DNA of 60,765 nucleotides, taken from positions 1 to 60,765 of IMG/VR virus record IMGVR_UViG_3300033148_002164; one strand, 5' to 3'. This document shows, one piece after another, positions 9,637-18,696 of this stretch. The stretch comes from a virus (lineage: Duplodnaviria > Caudoviricetes). The notes beneath the pieces were generated by a model. The model had not been told where the DNA came from. It saw nothing but the letters and a program-made list of their open reading frames with translations, and made no database searches. How positions within the stretch are numbered: the stretch's first letter is position 1; the number at the start of each line of letters is the position of its first letter. The position numbers and the translations under genes were made by a program.

Positions 9637-9809
9637 CTCACGGTTACGGGCTGACCATCGTGGAGAAACACGACGCCAGCAAGTTCATCCGTGTCTCGGT
9701 CGACGAGGCTGGCGCTCCACCCGAAGTCCTGCTTCGCCACGTCGAGAATCAGCAGGCCCTCGGTGTGGGCGGATGCTCGGAAGGCTTGGGCTGCTTGAAG
9801 TAGGCTCAT
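9627..9809 (-). CDS. small hypothetical protein
   Basis: GGAGAACGAG-ATG, with promoter TTGACG-N18-TACTCT (9863-9834). Confidence 0.6.
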   Translation of the reverse strand: MSLLQAAQAFRASAHTEGLLILDVAKQDFGWSASLVDRDTDELAGVVFLHDGQPVTVSWL

Positions 9810-9873
9810 CTCGTTCTCCCTGTTTGCTCAATTAGAGTAACAGGCCAGAACACGCCACGTCAACAACAAACCC

Positions 9874-10404
9874 CTAAACGATCGCCGAGTCTCGAATCTC
9901 CATCAACTCAAGCAGCCCGTCGATCCACCCGAGCCGCCCGAACGGTACGCCCATCTTCTCAATCTGCTTCAGAGTCAGGCTCGCAGTACCCGGCCGAGCT
10001 CGGCGCCCCGCCTCTTTGTTGTCGTGCCACGCCTTCCAGATCGGCCACACCCGTGAGATCGGCAGCGACCACGCCCCTTGTCCACGAACCCGCAGCGCCA
10101 CGAACCCAACGCCGCCCGCCGCCTCCATCCTCAGTATGTCCTCGGCCTGGTGCTTTTTGAGATTGGCCAGACTCCACGGGGCCTTGGTCGAATCCTTGGC
10201 GTCAAAGCAGACCGCCACCGAATCGCATGAGCCCATGAAGTCGGGCTTCCCCTTCGCCGTGATGATCACCTTGTCGCCCACCCGTTTGTGGGGCGGGTCA
10301 GTCGGGACAACCCAGCAGCGCGGGCCGGCGAGGGCGTGCCAGTCCTCGAGGACTCGTTGCCAGTCGAGGCCCGTGTTGTTGACGTTGGTGCGGCGGCGTC
10401 TCAG
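9874..10404 (-). CDS. RecU-like Holliday junction resolvase (start uncertain; possibly CTG 10404)
   Basis: KPDFMG..FDAK..HQ...L....AGG..F; the frame stays open upstream of 10281 through NNTGLDWQ. Confidence 0.7.
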   Translation of the reverse strand: MRRRRTNVNNTGLDWQRVLEDWHALAGPRCWVVPTDPPHKRVGDKVIITAKGKPDFMGSCDSVAVCFDAKDSTKAPWSLANLKKHQAEDILRMEAAGGVGFVALRVRGQGAWSLPISRVWPIWKAWHDNKEAGRRARPGTASLTLKQIEKMGVPFGRLGWIDGLLELMEIRDSAIV

Positions 10405-12437
10405 ATGATCCAGCGGCTGCGAGAGGCCTTGACAGCAACGATTCTCACCGAGCCGCCGTAACTCCCTGCAGCGGTGTGGGAGATCACGGCCGACAGGGCT
10501 TGGACGGGACTCAACGCGGACACATCAAGCTCAAGCGTAGTGGTGAAGACCACATCGTTGGACGCGATCGACAGGGTAGTCGTGTCGGTCACCGGGGTGT
10601 TGTCGGCGACAGATGAACCGTCGAAGACGTCTCCGTTCTGCCAGGTGGCAGTGTTCAGTGCCAGCACGACAGTGCCAGTCCCGGTCGTCGTTGGCGTCCA
10701 GTCGACATCAAACTTCACGGGCCGGCTGGTGTCGTCTCCGAGTTCGCCTGGAATCTCAGGCCAGCCAAGCCCGTCGCCCTGGCCAAGCAGGTTGCCGGAG
10801 GCGCTGAACTGGATGTTCGGAGAGACGAGGATGTTGCTGTTGCCAGGCGCAGCAGATCCGGTGAGCGGGATCGCGTTTCCGAGGGTGACGCCCGGAAGCA
10901 CCTCCTCTTGCACCGCGTTGCCGTAGCCCTCAAGCACAGCAGTCTCGGTGACGCTCACCCGATTCGTGCCAAGCTTTACCCGCTCAGCTTCTGGAATCGT
11001 TCCGATTACGCTGGTGATGCGGACGCGCAAGCCGTAGCCAGTGACTCCGTTGATCGTGTCGGTGACCCACGTCCCGGCGATGGCTGGCGAGTTGTAGCGG
11101 ATGTGTTGCTTCTCGACGTTCTGGAGGACGCCTTGATTCGGATACTGTGTGTCCGCTGCATCGTTGCTGCCCATGACTGGAACGGCTGTCCACGCTCCAG
11201 CGCCAGTCGTGTACTCGAAGACGAGCGCGCCGCCACCGAGGACTGCTGCCGTTGTGACGTCGATTACGATGTCTGGGAACTTGCGCGGAGTTTGGCTGAT
11301 CATGATCAGGCTGTTATCCACGCCGGTGCCTTGGAAGATCGGCGTCGTGCTCCCGGCTCTCGACGCCAGGATTGAGGTCAGATCGACGTATGTCGCGGTG
11401 CCGTCAAAGCTGAGCGTCTTCATGCCGAGCGTGGTGCTGTTGCCTTCCCCGAAGTTTGACTCAAACCCTCGAAGGCTGTTGCCGACATTGAACGCTCCGA
11501 GCACGCTGACGCCCGGATCGTCGTTGACGCCAGTATCCACTTGAAGAATCGCCGCATCGACAGCCAAGGCCCAGGCGAGGCCCCCGCTAAACCGTTCGAT
11601 CCTGAACTCGAACGATCCACTCAGGGTGGTCCCGACGCCAGTCAGGGCAGGGTCGACCAGAATGTCGAATGCTGAGGCGTGCAGATGCGTGCTCTCTATC
11701 GAGATGTCCAGGCCATCAGCCGCGATGTGCAGCCCGTTGACGACTGACGGGCTGTTCTCGGGCAGTGAGACCAGATCGAGGACTGCAGTGCCGCCTGATA
11801 TGTGCAGGTAGTCGGTGCATGCGTAGAAGGTGCTGTTCTGAATGAGCGACTTCCGAACGATGAGATCGCCGCCAGTCTGCAGAATGAAGTCATCGCAGGA
11901 GCCGAACGAACCGAAGGACTCCTCAAGAATCAGGTTCCCGCTCGTGAGATTGAAGACCGAGGAGAAGTTGCCCGAGATGTGGTAGAAGCCGATCAGAACG
12001 GTGACGGTTCCAGCACCGCCGCAAAGGACAGCTGGACCAGTGCCGCCCTGGCCAACGACCGCGATCTGAGCCAGAGCGGCGATGCCTGCGCCAGTCACAG
12101 CAGACGTGTCGATCACTGGATTAGCACCACTGACAGGACCGTGGACGGTGATGTTCTCCAGCGTCGTGATGTCGCTCATGGTCACGCGGGTGGACGTTGC
12201 GTCGGCGCCGCTGATGATCACGGTCTGCTGGGTCGAGGCGCTGATGACCGGCACCGCAAACTTCAGTGTGATCGACTCGGCGTAGTTGCCGGTATGGACC
12301 ATGACCGTCTGGCCTGGAGAGGCGTCGTCGATCGCGTCCTGAATGACGGTGTACTTCCGGCCGCTCTTGGCGACGTGGAGTTCTCCGCCTGCTGGGACAA
12401 AAGCCCCTGCTCCTCCGGGTGGGATTGATACACGCAT
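10401..12437 (-). CDS. putative virion appendage / tailspike with a pectin-lyase-like beta-helix
   Basis: HVAKSG..YT.IQDAID.A..G.TV.V..G.Y.ESI beta-helix entry motif; 678 aa, rich in G/T/S/V. Confidence 0.65.
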   Translation of the reverse strand: MRVSIPPGGAGAFVPAGGELHVAKSGRKYTVIQDAIDDASPGQTVMVHTGNYAESITLKFAVPVISASTQQTVIISGADATSTRVTMSDITTLENITVHGPVSGANPVIDTSAVTGAGIAALAQIAVVGQGGTGPAVLCGGAGTVTVLIGFYHISGNFSSVFNLTSGNLILEESFGSFGSCDDFILQTGGDLIVRKSLIQNSTFYACTDYLHISGGTAVLDLVSLPENSPSVVNGLHIAADGLDISIESTHLHASAFDILVDPALTGVGTTLSGSFEFRIERFSGGLAWALAVDAAILQVDTGVNDDPGVSVLGAFNVGNSLRGFESNFGEGNSTTLGMKTLSFDGTATYVDLTSILASRAGSTTPIFQGTGVDNSLIMISQTPRKFPDIVIDVTTAAVLGGGALVFEYTTGAGAWTAVPVMGSNDAADTQYPNQGVLQNVEKQHIRYNSPAIAGTWVTDTINGVTGYGLRVRITSVIGTIPEAERVKLGTNRVSVTETAVLEGYGNAVQEEVLPGVTLGNAIPLTGSAAPGNSNILVSPNIQFSASGNLLGQGDGLGWPEIPGELGDDTSRPVKFDVDWTPTTTGTGTVVLALNTATWQNGDVFDGSSVADNTPVTDTTTLSIASNDVVFTTTLELDVSALSPVQALSAVISHTAAGSYGGSVRIVAVKASRSRWII

Positions 12438-12805
12438 CAGAGCACCTGCAGGCGCTTGAGGACCACAGTCACCGAGATAGCCGCGCCATCACCAGCGATG
12501 AACAGGCTCTTCGGCAGCAACTCCGGAAGCTGTCGCTCGTTCGCCGGCTGCTGTGGCCAGAAGTCCCCGTAGACCCCATTGGCTACGACTGGGAACCGGT
12601 TTGTTCCGACCGCCGCGCCATCCGTTGGTGCCTCAAGCGACCCAGTGACCCCCGCCTCTGAGAACGACATGAAGCCATCCCCCTCGGGGATCACGTCGGC
12701 ATCTGCCCAATCCGGGATCTTGACTTCCTGCCAAACCCCGTCCGAGGCCGTGAATGTGTGAGGCCAAGGAGCCTTGGTGATGTCGCTGAGGTCTATGGCG
12801 GCCAC
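12437..12805 (-). CDS. hypothetical beta-rich protein coupled to the tailspike-like gene
   Basis: AAGGAG RBS, GTG start, TGATG overlap. Confidence 0.65.
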   Translation of the reverse strand: MAAIDLSDITKAPWPHTFTASDGVWQEVKIPDWADADVIPEGDGFMSFSEAGVTGSLEAPTDGAAVGTNRFPVVANGVYGDFWPQQPANERQLPELLPKSLFIAGDGAAISVTVVLKRLQVL

Positions 12806-12864
12806 GGGCTCTCCTTGTCGGACCCCTCTGACGCCCAGAGTCTACCACGCCCGCGCCGTAGCGG

Positions 12865-13176
12865 CTACGTCATCTCGAATGGCTCCGACAGCCTGCGCAG
12901 CGCCTCTTGCACGCTGCTGCTCTTGGCGATCGCGTCGAGCACGATCTTGTCGGCTCCGAAGTGATTGGCCCCGTAGGCGACCCGCTTGGCGCAGTGGTCG
13001 CAGGCGAGCCCGTTCTTGGCCCCGTAGTGCCGCGCGGCCCCGCCTTTCCCGCACCAGGTGCAGCGCGGGATGCGCGCGAGCTCTTCCTGTAGGGCGGTGA
13101 TCAGGTCGCGCTCCAGGCCATTGCAGTCCGGAGTCCCGCCAGGTGTGAAGGCGTCATTGTCGCTCAGAACTGACAC
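12865..13176 (-). CDS. hypothetical protein with CxxC..CxxC
   Basis: ORF in operon context. Confidence 0.55.
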   Translation of the reverse strand: MSVLSDNDAFTPGGTPDCNGLERDLITALQEELARIPRCTWCGKGGAARHYGAKNGLACDHCAKRVAYGANHFGADKIVLDAIAKSSSVQEALRRLSEPFEMT

Positions 13177-13394
13177 GAGTCGGCCTCATTGAGGTCGAGG
13201 TACTCGGCCCCGCCGTATCCAGCGTGAGCCCTGCGGAGCCCCGGGCGGCTGGCGATCATCTCCTCGATCGAGGCGCGGTTCGCGGCCTCCTGCTCCTCGG
13301 TGAGGTTGACCTTCATCGGGACATGGGCATCAGAACCCCGTCCGCTGATGTCGAGGCCGTGGTCGATGCTGCTGCTGAAATCGTCTTGGGTCAT
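13164..13394 (-). CDS. hypothetical protein
   Basis: GGAGAACGAC-ATG, with promoter TTGACG-N17-CATAGT (13440-13412). Confidence 0.65.
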   Translation of the reverse strand: MTQDDFSSSIDHGLDISGRGSDAHVPMKVNLTEEQEAANRASIEEMIASRPGLRRAHAGYGGAEYLDLNEADSCQF

Positions 13395-13436
13395 GTCGTT
13401 CTCCTGCACTCACTATGACACGGCGCTATAGTCACG

Positions 13437-13790
13437 TCAAGTATGCGATCGCCCGAGGTGCCGATCAGTGTGCCCGCGAGAGCAGAGCCACTCCACATCG
13501 AGCGGCTTGCCGTGATCGTGGTGGTGCGCCTGGACTTTGAGCGACCCGCACGAGCAGGGCTTGCGGTGGATCTTCCCGTCTCTCAGGGCATTGTTCAGGG
13601 TGTACCGAGCTCGGTACTTGACCCGCTCATCGGGGGAGAGGTCGGCCATGCGCTGGCTTTGGCCGGGGCGTTGACGCCAGGCTCGACGGGCGATCCTTCG
13701 GCGCTCGGTGTAGCAGGCGTTGCAGGTGGCTTGGTTGTTCCGGTAGGCGTCGGCCGGCTTGGGTTCGCCGCAGGTCTTGCAGGCCTTCAT
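13437..13790 (-). CDS. HNH-like zinc-binding protein
   Basis: CKTC..CNAC and PCSCG..AHHHDHGKPLDVEWLC..H. Confidence 0.7.
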   Translation of the reverse strand: MKACKTCGEPKPADAYRNNQATCNACYTERRRIARRAWRQRPGQSQRMADLSPDERVKYRARYTLNNALRDGKIHRKPCSCGSLKVQAHHHDHGKPLDVEWLCSRGHTDRHLGRSHT

Positions 13791-14275
13791 GCTTGCACCT
13801 TCGCCAGAAACTCAATCGCCTCGACGAGGTCGCGGTGATGTGCACTCAGTCCACCAGAGCCTTCCTCGCTCCAGTTGTCGACCCACCAAACCACAGGCAG
13901 CCGCACCCGAGTAGTCCGCCCAGCCATCCGCACCACATCAGCCGGCGTCAGCACATCACTCACATGCGCGTGGGTCTCCCACCACTCCAGCGGCTCCTCG
14001 TCCAACTGGAAGCACGCCGTAGTCCGCTCCTCGGCTCCGGTGGTGAGGTCGACGGTCACCCCAACGGTGAGCGGGTGGAGTTCGGCGAGGGCTCGGCGGG
14101 TGGTGGGGGAGAGGGCGAGCAGGGCGGTGTGGAGGGCGTTCATTGGTGCCTCGGTTAGGCTGGCCCGCCCCGTGGCGTCGGCGAGATATGCGATCGCGCA
14201 TGGATTGCCTTCGAGCGCGGCGGCCTCGATCTTCGCGATCTCAGCGGGCGTCAAGTTGCGGTATGCGCGAGTCAT
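13787..14275 (-). CDS. hypothetical protein
   Basis: ATGA-coupled ORF. Confidence 0.6.
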   Translation of the reverse strand: MTRAYRNLTPAEIAKIEAAALEGNPCAIAYLADATGRASLTEAPMNALHTALLALSPTTRRALAELHPLTVGVTVDLTTGAEERTTACFQLDEEPLEWWETHAHVSDVLTPADVVRMAGRTTRVRLPVVWWVDNWSEEGSGGLSAHHRDLVEAIEFLAKVQA

Positions 14276-14541
14276 GTTCGCCTCGGTGGGTTCGGGTCGC
14301 AGCAGGAGTTGGTGTCAAGCGGGCACCTGCTACAACTGATGGCAACAGCGTAGTTGTTATCCACCTTCGGGCAACTGTCCATGTACCCGTTTGGGTCGTA
14401 CTCAACAGTCTCAGCCAGAGCATCAAACCCCGCCCTCCACTGGCCATCCGCCAGCGTGCCGTCCTTGAACGGCCCCATGGTGTCCCCTCGCTTCTCTCCG
14501 TTGCGGCCCATCCGCCAGGCGATTGTGGTGGTGATGTTCAT
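14272..14541 (-). CDS. hypothetical protein
   Basis: ATG lies within the conserved GGAGGCAGCACCATGA junction. Confidence 0.55.
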   Translation of the reverse strand: MNITTTIAWRMGRNGEKRGDTMGPFKDGTLADGQWRAGFDALAETVEYDPNGYMDSCPKVDNNYAVAISCSRCPLDTNSCCDPNPPRRT

Positions 14542-14933
14542 GGTGCTGCCTCCAAAGCTGCCACCAATGCGGCGGCCTCGGTTTTGCCGTATGCGATGGG
14601 GTCGCCCGGCATCCAGACGCGCCACTGCGGACGCTGACCTGGGATCATCTGCTGCGTGTTGACCGGACTACACCAAGCCACCCTCACCAGCGCCAACAGG
14701 CACCCGAGGGTCGCAGCGTCGGAGAGGTCTGGGATTTGCTCCGTGTCTCCAGTCCGAATCTCAGAAGCTGAACAGGCTCCGTGCTTGTCGAAGAACTCGA
14801 CATACCAGCGCCCTGCCTCTCCCTCCTTGGCCGAGAGGACTCGGTCGCCTTCGTCGTCCAGCATGCCCGGCATCCACTTGAATCCCTTGAGGCTTGCAAC
14901 AAGCTTGCCGAGTTCGATCATATCCTGAGTCAT
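14538..14933 (-). CDS. 'LEAAP' family paralog 2
   Basis: WMPGM..PDLSDAATLGCLLALVR..EAAALVAALEAAP. Confidence 0.75.
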   Translation of the reverse strand: MTQDMIELGKLVASLKGFKWMPGMLDDEGDRVLSAKEGEAGRWYVEFFDKHGACSASEIRTGDTEQIPDLSDAATLGCLLALVRVAWCSPVNTQQMIPGQRPQWRVWMPGDPIAYGKTEAAALVAALEAAP

Positions 14934-15322
14934 GGTGCTGCCTCCAGCGCCGAGACAATCACCTCGGCCTTACGGTTTGCCTTCCACGACCCAACGCCAG
15001 GCACGTCGAGATACCACCCGTTGGCCCGACCGAGGTCAGTCACAAGGCAGGGGTTCAGGTCGTGCCGGTCGTGCGCGATCATCACGAGGTCGAACACCTC
15101 AGCCAAGGTGCCGGTGTGGTCGAGGTCCGGCACGGCGTTCGCTGGCTCGCTCCAGTAGGCTGCCTCGTGTCGCGTGCCCCATAGCAAGCACCCGTTCGGG
15201 AGAGCCTCAGCGAGCACCACGCGGCCGTCGAGGTCCCGCATGCCGACGGTCCAGCGGAAGTGGCGGGAGTTGCGGGCGCGGAGCCCGAGGAGTCTCATGG
15301 GGTCACCTCCAGGCATTCCCAC
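14930..15322 (-). CDS. 'LEAAP' family paralog 3 (start may be 15298)
   Basis: WTVGM..PDLDHTGTL..AEVIVSALEAAP. Confidence 0.7.
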   Translation of the reverse strand: MGMPGGDPMRLLGLRARNSRHFRWTVGMRDLDGRVVLAEALPNGCLLWGTRHEAAYWSEPANAVPDLDHTGTLAEVFDLVMIAHDRHDLNPCLVTDLGRANGWYLDVPGVGSWKANRKAEVIVSALEAAP

Positions 15323-15762
15323 GCGAGAACCCAGCCGACGGGGCGCGTGGCTTCGAGGTCCTCTGACACGGTCGCCCTGCCGACTGCGCTATCAATCGAC
15401 GTGACGACGCCGACCTTCTGACCCTCAAGCGGCAGCATGAAGACGACCTTCGAACCAACATCTGGGCGAACCTGCTTCATCACTTCGGCGTTCTGGACCA
15501 TCCAAGCATTATTGGCTGCCCGCTTAGCTGAGTGGGTGCTGAACCCGTCGAGGTGGCTGACGAGCTGAGCGTCGATCGCCCAGCCTTCGTAATCGAGTTC
15601 ACGGGCAGCCTCATAGCCATCTTTGTGGCCGTACTGGAACACCTTCTTGATATCCGCCTTCTCCCCGTCATCGAGTTTGTCGTTCCACTTCTCGTAGTTC
15701 TCGACCCACTCGGCCACTGCTGCGTCGATGTAGCCGGCCCTCTTCGGGCGGGCGGGGATCAT
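15295..15762 (-). CDS. hypothetical protein
   Basis: Coupled ORF with an SH3/KOW-like C-terminus. Confidence 0.6.
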   Translation of the reverse strand: MIPARPKRAGYIDAAVAEWVENYEKWNDKLDDGEKADIKKVFQYGHKDGYEAARELDYEGWAIDAQLVSHLDGFSTHSAKRAANNAWMVQNAEVMKQVRPDVGSKVVFMLPLEGQKVGVVTSIDSAVGRATVSEDLEATRPVGWVLAWECLEVTP

Positions 15763-16184
15763 CCCTCACCCCCGCAGTCCGTAGCCAGGTCACCGTGCGC
15801 GCCGTCGTCGTTGTCGCTGGTCAGGTGCTCGTGGACCGCGCCTGCTCCGGTGCTGTCCTCGGCCCTCGCAAGGTCCGCTCCCCACTCGTCAATGGTGGCG
15901 TTGCAGTCATCGCAGTTCACGCGAGACAGGCTGTCAGTCAGCCCTTCGTTGGGGCCGTAGGCGCCGCACACCGCAGCGCCGAGGATTCCGTAGTGAAGTT
16001 TCATTCTGTTCTCCTGTGCTACTACAACCTTATCCGATTTGGATAACACGCGGTAGCACTTTCTCGGACAATCTCCCCCGCCCTCCACCACCCACCCCAC
16101 CACCACGGGATCTGCGGGGTGTTCGAGCTTGGCGCAGCGATCGTCGGGCAGGGCGTGATCGCAGGTGGCGCAGGTCATCACCAC
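15759..16184 (-). CDS. Cys-rich hypothetical protein with a probable internal start at 16004
   Basis: GGAGAACAGA-ATG at 16004 is in frame with the upstream start. Confidence 0.5.
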   Translation of the reverse strand: MVMTCATCDHALPDDRCAKLEHPADPVVVGWVVEGGGDCPRKCYRVLSKSDKVVVAQENRMKLHYGILGAAVCGAYGPNEGLTDSLSRVNCDDCNATIDEWGADLARAEDSTGAGAVHEHLTSDNDDGAHGDLATDCGGEG

Positions 16185-16597
16185 TCCCTCGCCAGCCGGT
16201 CATCCTCACGCCTCACACAAGCCTCGTCGTCCTCCATCAGCGGCTCCCCCACCGGCTCTGGCTCGTAGCCTGCTGGCTGCTCCTGCTGCATCGCCCGGAT
16301 GTCCATCGCGCTCGGGTCCACCGAGTAGCCAGACCCGAACACCAGCCCGTTGCCCTCACACCACGCCACGACCTTCCTGCTCGCCAGCACCTTGCCCGCC
16401 TCGACCACCCGACCGCTGGCGCAGTTGCACGCGGCCTTGACGGTGATTACGGGCTGATAGCTGCTCCCGTCCAGGCGGGTCACTCGGGGCGCGCGGAAGA
16501 ACTGGCCGCGGCCCTCGCGGGTGAGTTGGGTGTGGGCGATCGTGGTTAGGCCCTCGGAGCAGTGGCGGCATCCTTCGCGGCTCATGAGAGCCACCAC
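16178..16597 (-). CDS. zinc-binding hypothetical protein
   Basis: CRHC..G and ACNC..G. Confidence 0.55.
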   Translation of the reverse strand: MVALMSREGCRHCSEGLTTIAHTQLTREGRGQFFRAPRVTRLDGSSYQPVITVKAACNCASGRVVEAGKVLASRKVVAWCEGNGLVFGSGYSVDPSAMDIRAMQQEQPAGYEPEPVGEPLMEDDEACVRREDDRLAREW

Positions 16598-17073
16598 CCA
16601 GCAGCGTGGGCGGCCTCATCGGCAAGGCGTTGTGCGTCTTCAAATGATGCACAGCCGATACGTGCGCCGCCCATGTACCACCACACACCGCCCGCGCCGT
16701 CCTCGACCACCTCCGACCAGCCAGTTCCGTTGTCGTCGTGACGCACTGCGCGCTTGTAGGAGGTCCAGTCCATCGCCCATGTTGCCAGCGCTCCACGAAG
16801 CGGCTTCTCACCCCGGCCAACCCTCCGACAGCACTCTGCCAGCGCCGCAGGAATGCGCCTCGCCCACTCGCAGGGGTGGCCCTGCTTCTCCAGCCAGTAG
16901 CAGGCGAGATCTTGGGCCATGGGCTGGTCGAGGGGGAGTGTGTCGTGGTGCCCAGGCTCCGACCAACCGCCGACCTGCTCCCACAGCCCGAGGTCTTCGC
17001 CCACCCCGCGCCAGTTGGCCCACGCCTCATGTATTCCAGGCAGGTCGCTCGCATTCAGAATCAGATCGCTCAT
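16582..17073 (-). CDS. hypothetical protein
   Basis: Coupled ORF. Confidence 0.55.
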   Translation of the reverse strand: MSDLILNASDLPGIHEAWANWRGVGEDLGLWEQVGGWSEPGHHDTLPLDQPMAQDLACYWLEKQGHPCEWARRIPAALAECCRRVGRGEKPLRGALATWAMDWTSYKRAVRHDDNGTGWSEVVEDGAGGVWWYMGGARIGCASFEDAQRLADEAAHAAGWWLS

Positions 17074-17690
17074 CGCTTCACCTCCAACAGCCCAGAGTTC
17101 CGCCCCTGCTCGAGCGCGTTCTTCGCCCCCTCAATCACCCGCTTAGCCTCCGCGCGCCCCGTAGCGCCGTCGTAGGCCTTGCGGAAGCTGGCCCGATTCG
17201 CCACCTCATCGAAGGACGACATCACCCCAACCTTGCGAAAGCCGCCCAACGCCTTCACCCCAGCAACGATACCCACCGCCGTAGCGTGGTGCTCGTGGGC
17301 GAGGAATGGACACAGGCCCCTCACCTCGGGGTCGTAGGCGTCCACCTCCGCTTGGGTCGCCACAGGCGTGTGGGTGCGCGTGTCCTTGTGGCTGGCTGAC
17401 TTCCGCATCACGCCCCACGCCTCGTCGGCGGTGAGTTTGAGGCTGGCGCCGAGCTCACGGCCGTACTTGATCACCGAGCCAGGCACGGGCCACTGGCGAT
17501 ACTCGTCGTCACGCATCCACGCCATTCCGGCGCCGAGGAACTTTTGAGGACTGAGATCGAAGGTCAGGTTGTCCCATAGAACGAGCGCTCGCTGATAGGC
17601 CGCCGGGTCAGACCAGCGCTTTGGCTTCGTGTAGCCTGCGTCCTCAAGTGCGTCGAAGAATGCCAGGATGGTGTCGTGCTTGGCGGTCAT
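17070..17690 (-). CDS. putative helicase loader/inhibitor (G39P/DUF6475-like)
   Basis: W...L.D, WP.PG, TADEAW and LGG..RASFRKAY motifs; directly downstream of the initiator. Confidence 0.65.
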   Translation of the reverse strand: MTAKHDTILAFFDALEDAGYTKPKRWSDPAAYQRALVLWDNLTFDLSPQKFLGAGMAWMRDDEYRQWPVPGSVIKYGRELGASLKLTADEAWGVMRKSASHKDTRTHTPVATQAEVDAYDPEVRGLCPFLAHEHHATAVGIVAGVKALGGFRKVGVMSSFDEVANRASFRKAYDGATGRAEAKRVIEGAKNALEQGRNSGLLEVKR

Positions 17691-17700
17691 TGCTACTCCC

Positions 17701-18696
17701 TTAGAATGGATAGGTGTCGTCGTAGAGGTTTGGCTCTTGGATTGCTGGCAGCTGCATCTCGTTCGGATCTGCTGGCGTTATGTCGCGGACCACTCTCTGG
17801 TTGCCGCCGAATCCGCGCCCAGATCTGATTCGGTCGTTCATCTCGCGGATCGACATGTCTTGGCCCATGTCCACCTTCTCGCCAGCGTCACTCCACCGGC
17901 GAGCCTTGGACAACTTGTCGGCCAACTTGGTGGTGCGGTAGATGTTCACCGGGAAGAGGTACTCGTTCTCGGTCCCGCCCTCTTTGTCGCCTCTGAGGTG
18001 CTGGGCTGAGAACTCAGGAGATTGGAAGGCCCAGCGGGCGATGAGGCACAGGTCCTCGGGGGTCTGCTTGTGCTTGCCCTTGAGGACCTTGGTGATGGCT
18101 CCTCGGCATGCCTTGGTCATCTGCTGGCTTCTGGGAGCTCCGGCTTTCTTGCCGGCGTCTTTGCGGTCACGCCAGAGGAGGAACCACTCGTCGAGGACTT
18201 GGTTGAGTTGAGCGGTCACTGGGTCCTGCTTGGCAGGGGCCGACGTGGCGTCAGCCACTATGGATGGTTCCTTGAATAGTTCTATGGATGGTTCTTTAAT
18301 AGTTCGTCGGTCCCTGGGTCCGGGGTTGGTGCACTCAGGGTCCGGGGTAGTGGCTTCAATGTCCGGGGTTGTGCACTCAAGGTCCGGGGTGACAGAGGGA
18401 CCGGAGTCAGACACTGAGGGTCCGGGGTTGTCCTCCTTTGGCAGATCTCCAATGATGATCTGCAGCAGCGCGACACGCCCGTGCCTTGCTGTGATTGACA
18501 GCCCCCGGCCCTCAAGACGTTTGAGGATGCGCCGCACTGACCGTTCGTTCATCTTGGTGTTCTGGGCGATCCGATTGACAGACGGCCAGCACTGGCCAGC
18601 GTCGTTGGCATATCGCCCGATGGCGAGGAGCACGATTACCTCTGATGTCGTCAGCCCAGAATCGAAGATCAGCGCATTGCGCTCGTACGTCTTCAC
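17701..18696 (-). CDS. replication initiator protein (N-terminal wHTH)
   Basis: LLAI..YAND.G.CWPSV.RIA....ERSVRR.LKRLE..G; GTG start 18696 overlaps the upstream stop; internal iterons. Confidence 0.82.
   Translation of the reverse strand: MKTYERNALIFDSGLTTSEVIVLLAIGRYANDAGQCWPSVNRIAQNTKMNERSVRRILKRLEGRGLSITARHGRVALLQIIIGDLPKEDNPGPSVSDSGPSVTPDLECTTPDIEATTPDPECTNPGPRDRRTIKEPSIELFKEPSIVADATSAPAKQDPVTAQLNQVLDEWFLLWRDRKDAGKKAGAPRSQQMTKACRGAITKVLKGKHKQTPEDLCLIARWAFQSPEFSAQHLRGDKEGGTENEYLFPVNIYRTTKLADKLSKARRWSDAGEKVDMGQDMSIREMNDRIRSGRGFGGNQRVVRDITPADPNEMQLPAIQEPNLYDDTYPF
18258..18430. repeat. putative replication origin: iterons plus an AT-richer 24-bp duplication
   Basis: GTCCGGGGT at 18318, 18340, 18361, 18382 and 18420 (variant at 18399); CTATGGATGGTTCYTKAATAGTT twice at 18258-18305. 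Confidence 0.75.
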
